Assembly: GCA_963714095.1 (NCBI GenBank)
Contig: OY970230.1
Location: 198,206-262,205 of the forward strand
Origin: Candidatus Gottesmanbacteria bacterium
GTDB taxonomy: Bacteria > Patescibacteriota > Microgenomatia > UBA10105 > UBA927
Direction of reading: 5' to 3'
Length of the DNA: 64,000 nucleotides
The notes under the pieces were generated by a model, which saw nothing but the letters and a program-made list of their open reading frames with translations, did not search any database and was not told the DNA's origin. The position numbers and the translations under genes were made by a program. Below are positions 58,873-64,000 of this stretch, piece after piece (position 1 is the first letter of the stretch; each line of letters begins with the position of its first letter).

Positions 58873-60336
58873 CTAGCGCCATTCCTCTGTTTGCCTGTAT
58901 ATCTCACTGGAGTTGATACGTTGATACCCCGCCTTACTAAGCTCTGCACTTGAACTGCCGGACAAATCCAAAAAAGACGTGCCCCCTATACGAAATGATT
59001 GCCGATTTTCAACATTATTTGATGGTATCATATTCATTCCGATTTTAATTCCTGCCTCACCTGCCCGCCCTTCCGCCTCCAGGAACAGCTCTAGGGCTAA
59101 GGGTAAAGGATATTGAGCTTTATAATCATACAAAGCAATGTGTTTTCCTGGGTACCGTGAATATAACGATGTTTTCCAAATCTTAACTAATTGATCTACC
59201 ACATTAACTTTTCCTGTAATCTCTCTACAATCGGATGTAAAGCTCATTATAACAACGAATAGACAAACTAGAATTCCCAGGAATCGAGATTTCATAAATA
59301 TCTTATAAACTACCCAGGCGGAAAGGGTGAGGATAAATGGCTGAAGAAATACCGTATAGCTATCGAATAAAGGAACGTGTGAGTAGCGGAGCATACCTAA
59401 AATTCCGAAAAAAGAACAAATAATTACAATAAATTCAGCAACAATTTTTTTTCTGATGCATCCATATATAAATAACACCGAGACCAATATCATAAAGCCT
59501 GCTCCTATAAATTGATTGCCTCCGATTATTCTTCCCCATGTCGTTGGCCAATAAATTGTAAGGTATGTCAACCATCTTCTTCCTAAAGCTTCCAGTGGTA
59601 TGCGATACTGATCAAAACGGATGTAATAGATCATATTTCTCATATTAACGAACCCGTTCCGTATATCGAATAGTAATATCGGTAATGCACCAATAATACC
59701 GCCTGCGAGTAACAAAAGAACATTTGATACGTGAAATTTTTTCTCCGTGATTTGTGCGATTAAAACACAAATTCCGAGGATAAAAAGACCGCTACCCTGA
59801 AGATGAAAAGACGCACCCGTTGAAATCAAAAAACCTAATGCAAAGATATAACGGTTCTTACCTGATCGTAAAAAACGAACAACTGACCATAATGCGAATA
59901 TCGATATTATTGCCAAGGGAGATTCATTTGTCAGGCTGACTGATTGAGCGATTTGAGCGGTTGATACCGCGCTAAATAATCCCAATAAAATTCCAAACTT
60001 CGTATCAATTAACTCTGTACCAAACTGAATCATCAAGTAAACAAAAAAAACATATATCAAAGTCAAAACTATCCAGGGAGTTAAGACAGAAGCCGGATAT
60101 AACGCGGTTGCCGCCATAATAAACCAATACCACTGACCACCTGTTTGAAATGGTCCAGCTGACGAAAAAGGTCCGAGAAGCGGAATTTTATGTTCAGCGA
60201 GAGCCGCACGGGCAACAAGAGCGTCATGAGCTTGATCATACCCGAGCTCCCAACGATTACCATAATCGTAAAACCTCAAAATAAATGCCAAGAGAACAAT
60301 GCCTACTGTAACGATAATTATGCTATGTTTCTTCAT
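58873..60336 (-). CDS. GT-C fold membrane glycosyltransferase, GT39/ArnT-like
   Basis: First loop YDYGNRWELGYDQAHDALVARAAL. Polytopic. Adjacent to the DPM-like GT2 (ArnC/ArnT-like pairing). Confidence 0.6.
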   Translation of the reverse strand: MKKHSIIIVTVGIVLLAFILRFYDYGNRWELGYDQAHDALVARAALAEHKIPLLGPFSSAGPFQTGGQWYWFIMAATALYPASVLTPWIVLTLIYVFFVYLMIQFGTELIDTKFGILLGLFSAVSTAQIAQSVSLTNESPLAIISIFALWSVVRFLRSGKNRYIFALGFLISTGASFHLQGSGLFILGICVLIAQITEKKFHVSNVLLLLAGGIIGALPILLFDIRNGFVNMRNMIYYIRFDQYRIPLEALGRRWLTYLTIYWPTTWGRIIGGNQFIGAGFMILVSVLFIYGCIRKKIVAEFIVIICSFFGILGMLRYSHVPLFDSYTVFLQPFILTLSAWVVYKIFMKSRFLGILVCLFVVIMSFTSDCREITGKVNVVDQLVKIWKTSLYSRYPGKHIALYDYKAQYPLPLALELFLEAEGRAGEAGIKIGMNMIPSNNVENRQSFRIGGTSFLDLSGSSSAELSKAGYQRINSSEIYRQTEEWR

Positions 60337-60352
60337 GAAGACTACACAGTTA

Positions 60353-61039
60353 CTAATTTATAAACCGGTATTTAATGATCGTCCAGAAAGCAATAATGCC
60401 GTCACGCCATGTCAGTTTTTTCCCTTCATTAAACTTTCTTCCGTAATAGGAAATAGGGACTTCATATATTTGGTACCCGTTTTTAAGTACTTTGACTGTA
60501 AGTTCCGGTTCGACATCAAACCGCTTGGCACGAATCGTGATTCCGTTCAGCACCCCATGCCGGAATACTTTGTAACAGGTTTCCATATCCGTGATATCGG
60601 TATTGAATAATATGTTTGTTACAAATGTCACAAATTTATTCCCCTGCGCATAAATGAACATAGTTGAAAGATGTGGGCCCAAAAATCGCGAGCCGTACAC
60701 CACATCAACGTGCGGGTTGTCAAATGGAGATAAAAGCACGGGGTAATCGTTCGGACTATATTCCAAATCCGCATCCTGAACCAAGATCACGTCTCCCGTA
60801 GCTTTTTTAAATCCGATGCTTAAGGCGTTTCCCTTTCCTTCATTTTTTTCTTTGTAAATAACACGTACCTTCTTCTCCCAGGATTTCAAAACCGTTTTTG
60901 TGCGGTCTTTTGATCCGTCATCAACAACAATTATTTCCTTTGACCAGCCGGGTATGGCAACCTTTTCGATCCGCTGAAGGATTTCGTTAATCGTATGTTC
61001 TTCGTTATACACGGGTACGATAACGGAAAGTTTTTTCAC
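60353..61039 (-). CDS. GT2 polyprenol-phosphate glycosyltransferase (DPM1/ArnC-like)
   Basis: LSVIVPVYNEEHTINEIL ... VVDDGSKDRT ... QDADLEYSP. 228 aa, soluble. Confidence 0.8.
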   Translation of the reverse strand: MKKLSVIVPVYNEEHTINEILQRIEKVAIPGWSKEIIVVDDGSKDRTKTVLKSWEKKVRVIYKEKNEGKGNALSIGFKKATGDVILVQDADLEYSPNDYPVLLSPFDNPHVDVVYGSRFLGPHLSTMFIYAQGNKFVTFVTNILFNTDITDMETCYKVFRHGVLNGITIRAKRFDVEPELTVKVLKNGYQIYEVPISYYGRKFNEGKKLTWRDGIIAFWTIIKYRFIN

Positions 61040-62076
61040 ACCAATGCCCTTTCATACGCCGCGACAGTCTCCACTACGACTCTTTTCCAGGTAAACTGTT
61101 TTACCCATACCAATTGACGCATCGCCTGAGCTCGTCTGTCGACAGTAAGCATTTTCTTTATGCCCGCAAGGATCTCTTCCGGTTTTGGTGACACCTGTAA
61201 CGCCGGCCCTGCTATCTCTTTGAGGCTTGAGGTATTTGTGCAAACAACCGGGCAACCGCAGGCCATAGCTTCCAGTACCGGCAGACCGAATCCCTCATAG
61301 TAAGAGGGTTGTACATAGACCGAAGCCATGGAGTAAAAACCAGCAAGATCAGCCAGAGGCACGTTTCCCGGACAAATAACCACGTGTTCCAAATCATGCT
61401 CAAGAATAAACTGATTGATTTCCTGCGTTTCGGTGAGCGTCTCGCAAAATGCTCGGCCGACAAGAACTAATTTATATTCTAATAATTCACTGTGTTGACG
61501 AAGCGCTGCAAAAGCCTGCAATAGCCCGATCACATTTTTATTCCAATTGACGTCCCCGACAAAAAGAATATATTGTTTTGGTAAGGCATATTTCTTTCGT
61601 ATAGCAGCTACTAATTTTGAATCGGTAACCGGATGATACATCGCGTCACGAGCTAAATAAACAGTATCGACAATCTCTTTTTTAACGCCTACAATCCGTA
61701 CAATATCATTTTTTGAAGCGTTTGAGTCAGCAATAATTCGACTCGCGCCTCGAAGTGACAATTTCTGGACCTGCCATTTGATGTTGCCGCGGATGCCTGC
61801 CGGAAATTTGTACGGGAACACCAGAGGAATAAGGTCGTGAACCGTCACCAAAGTCGGCTCCGGTTTAACCAGAGGCAACGTCAGGAAAAACGGGTCAAAA
61901 TACGGATAATGCACGATATCTGCATCGTCCGGCACACGCTGATGACCTGTAAAATAAATATATGTGTGCTGTTTTCCGTATTTTTCCAACCCATCAATAA
62001 GATTCTTCGTATACACACCGATCCCCCGTGCGCGATGCGCGGATTCCAAAGGAGTTATGTCTATTGCTACCTTCAT
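61036..62076 (-). CDS. glycosyltransferase family 4
   Basis: MKVAIDITPLESAHRARGIGVYTKNL N-domain and EGFGLPVLEAMACGCPVVCTNTSSLKE C-domain. Start trimmed from the track ORF. ATGA overlap with the upstream gene. Confidence 0.75.
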   Translation of the reverse strand: MKVAIDITPLESAHRARGIGVYTKNLIDGLEKYGKQHTYIYFTGHQRVPDDADIVHYPYFDPFFLTLPLVKPEPTLVTVHDLIPLVFPYKFPAGIRGNIKWQVQKLSLRGASRIIADSNASKNDIVRIVGVKKEIVDTVYLARDAMYHPVTDSKLVAAIRKKYALPKQYILFVGDVNWNKNVIGLLQAFAALRQHSELLEYKLVLVGRAFCETLTETQEINQFILEHDLEHVVICPGNVPLADLAGFYSMASVYVQPSYYEGFGLPVLEAMACGCPVVCTNTSSLKEIAGPALQVSPKPEEILAGIKKMLTVDRRAQAMRQLVWVKQFTWKRVVVETVAAYERALV

Positions 62077-63641
62077 TGTAAAGAAGTATACCCTAAAATG
62101 ACCAGAACGGCCACGCTTATAACTGAAAGCGCATCCGCGACTTTTCGCACGGGCGTATCGGCAAACCACACGCGGATAGCGTGAGTTCCCTGCGGCACGG
62201 ATATATGTATGATGCCGTCACCTCTATAGTTGATGGGGACTTCTTTGCCGTCAACGGATGCTGTCCATCCGGGAAAATACAGCGTACTCACCGTTACAGT
62301 ACCGGCTTTGTCCATAAGGACGGTAAAATCCTTTTCCATGTACTCCCAACGAGTCTTCTGGGTCATCTGCCCGTTTTCAATTGCATACGGTGCTGCCGGC
62401 CGAGTAGTTTTCCATCCTGTCCAGATCGTCGAGAAACTGTTTCCCATAGACGAGGTTCCGTCGGTAAAATTCGGCCTTGCCAGGTAGTATGCCTCGTTTC
62501 GCGGTTCATAAAGAACCGGACGTGCGTAGGACGCGGCAAGCGCGACACTCAAAACAGCCAAGAATAACCCCCACCACGGACGTTTTAGTCTACTAGTCCA
62601 TACTGCCGCGCTGAAACCGGCAACCGGAATAACAAATGATAACAATCTCCAGGGGTATTGCACAAACGAGAGAGGCTTTATAAGCTCCCACAGAGGAGTA
62701 GAAATCGGCAACATAAAAACGATGCACAAACCGATGATACTCAAAAAATACGCAAATAATTTCGTGTAAGCGCTTTTTGGCTTACGCAACAAAACCCATA
62801 ATGCTCCTGCCATTGCCAACATCGGGGCTATTCCTATCTGTACGGACATGGCAGTACCAAAACTTCCGGTTCCTGAAAAACCTGTTCCCCAGGATGGAAT
62901 TAATAGTTCATACCAGTCAACAAAATATTGCCGGAAGTTCACGGTATTGAGACCCACAACATATTTGGATTCGATAAGTGCCGGCAGCCAGAAAAATGCG
63001 GAAAGTCCGATCCCACCAAGCATCCATAGGGCTCCTTTTTTATTCCGAATAAGAGCATACCCCAGTAAAAACGGCGTATAAAGCATCGCCATGATGTTGT
63101 GCGAAAGAATAAGGAGCCCATATACAATAGCGAACCAGAATAACTTTTTCTTTTCCAGCAGGTAAAAGCACAACAAAAGAAATGCAGTCGCCCAGACTTC
63201 ACCGATCGATCCGCGCACGTACATATCGACAAAAAGATACGGGACAAAGGCGGCAACGATTGATCCGACTGCGGACGGAAGGGCACCAAACAGGGTCAGT
63301 AGCCAGAGAAAAGCCGCCGCTGAGAGTGCTATATACCCCAAACCCATACTCATCTGAAATGCGTATACAGCATCATGAGTCAACATGCGCATAAATGAAC
63401 CGATATAGTCAGGCATGGGGTACTGATAATTAAAAATGGGTATCCCGTACCCGCTGTTCATATCCGGCGCCCATCGGGGAACTATGTATCCGGCTCCCAA
63501 CATCCGGGAAAATTCGACGATGCGGATAATATGATATTCACCGTCATGTGTCGGTATATACGCCTTACCAAACAGTGGACTGACCGCAAAAAAAATTGCC
63601 GCAATACATATGACGGCGGAGAGGACTACAGTTTTTTTCAT
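62073..63641 (-). CDS. polytopic membrane protein (GT-C-like candidate)
   Basis: 522 aa, about 13 TM. Early loop IPTHDGEYHIIRIVEF. Confidence 0.35.
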   Translation of the reverse strand: MKKTVVLSAVICIAAIFFAVSPLFGKAYIPTHDGEYHIIRIVEFSRMLGAGYIVPRWAPDMNSGYGIPIFNYQYPMPDYIGSFMRMLTHDAVYAFQMSMGLGYIALSAAAFLWLLTLFGALPSAVGSIVAAFVPYLFVDMYVRGSIGEVWATAFLLLCFYLLEKKKLFWFAIVYGLLILSHNIMAMLYTPFLLGYALIRNKKGALWMLGGIGLSAFFWLPALIESKYVVGLNTVNFRQYFVDWYELLIPSWGTGFSGTGSFGTAMSVQIGIAPMLAMAGALWVLLRKPKSAYTKLFAYFLSIIGLCIVFMLPISTPLWELIKPLSFVQYPWRLLSFVIPVAGFSAAVWTSRLKRPWWGLFLAVLSVALAASYARPVLYEPRNEAYYLARPNFTDGTSSMGNSFSTIWTGWKTTRPAAPYAIENGQMTQKTRWEYMEKDFTVLMDKAGTVTVSTLYFPGWTASVDGKEVPINYRGDGIIHISVPQGTHAIRVWFADTPVRKVADALSVISVAVLVILGYTSLQ

Positions 63642-64000
63642 ACCTTTCGTTTCGCAAGATACCGGAATCCGAGATATCCCGCATAGAAGACTAAAGGAAT
63701 GACGGTTAATCCGGAACGAAGAGCGGGCCCGGGTCCTTCATAATACCCCATCCACATATACGGAAGATTCCGTAGTTCCAAGGCAAATGAGAGTACTATC
63801 GTAAATCCCCACAAATACCGATGTGACGCAAACGGCAATAATGCTGCGGTTGCAACGAGCCATACTGCATACCATGGATACAATTCTTCGCGGATCGGGG
63901 CAACGATAAAAAAGACCGCTGCCAGAAAAATATATGCATATACGAGCATCCGTTCAAAAGAGACATTCCGGAAAAACAGAAGTGGCGCCAATACAACCGT
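63638..64000 (-). CDS. membrane protein, probably 5'-truncated by the window edge
   Basis: Three or four hydrophobic helices. The frame may be open to the window boundary. Confidence 0.3.
   Translation of the reverse strand, partial: TVVLAPLLFFRNVSFERMLVYAYIFLAAVFFIVAPIREELYPWYAVWLVATAALLPFASHRYLWGFTIVLSFALELRNLPYMWMGYYEGPGPALRSGLTVIPLVFYAGYLGFRYLAKRKV

Noticed and set aside
1-64000. CRISPR arrays, tandem repeats, IS elements, integrases, tRNA/rRNA genes
   Set aside because: No direct-repeat/spacer periodicity, no transposase or recombinase motifs (DDE, tyrosine recombinase R-H-R-Y), and no cloverleaf-like sequences seen in the few intergenic gaps. Intergenic space is minimal. tRNAscan or Infernal cannot be run here, so small ncRNAs cannot be fully excluded.

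Overview
This window is almost entirely one very large cell-envelope glycan (polysaccharide and/or glycoconjugate) biosynthesis locus, transcribed mostly on the minus strand. Only the first ~5 kb is housekeeping: a partial histidine-phosphatase gene, glyQS, recO and a DUF4012-like membrane protein.

From about 5 kb to the end I count roughly 20 soluble glycosyltransferases (GT2 and GT4). There is one small PglC/WbaP-type initiating phosphoglycosyl transferase and a Wzx-type flippase. There is an O-antigen-ligase/polymerase-like domain protein. Unusually, there are also about 11 large polytopic membrane proteins that look like GT-C-fold glycosyltransferases (GT39/ArnT-like). Several of these sit next to DPM-synthase-like GT2 genes.

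Nucleotide-sugar genes include a ManC-like nucleotidyltransferase, GalE, a UDP-xylose synthase and a CDP-hexose module. The CDP module has glucose-1-P cytidylyltransferase, an SDR dehydratase, a CDP-paratose-2-epimerase-like SDR, an E1-type His-variant 3-dehydrase, a second ColD-like His-variant dehydratase, a Lys-containing aminotransferase plus GNAT, and a split transketolase pair. Decorating enzymes comprise two hexapeptide acetyltransferases, one acyltransferase-3 and two methyltransferases.

I found no rRNA, tRNA, CRISPR array or transposase/integrase. GC content is visibly heterogeneous: about 50-60% in the first 17 kb and about 30-38% between roughly 33 and 47 kb.

The points most worth a second look are: the extreme density of GT-C-like membrane enzymes; two GT4 genes whose boundaries fall exactly at the inter-domain linker (one split pair, one orphan N-domain); a fused O-antigen-ligase-like plus GT-C-like 997-aa protein; and an unusual deoxy/amino/possibly C-branched sugar module that lacks an E3 reductase.

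The ORF track evidently allows TTG/GTG starts, so several 5' ends were trimmed to the first conserved ATG.
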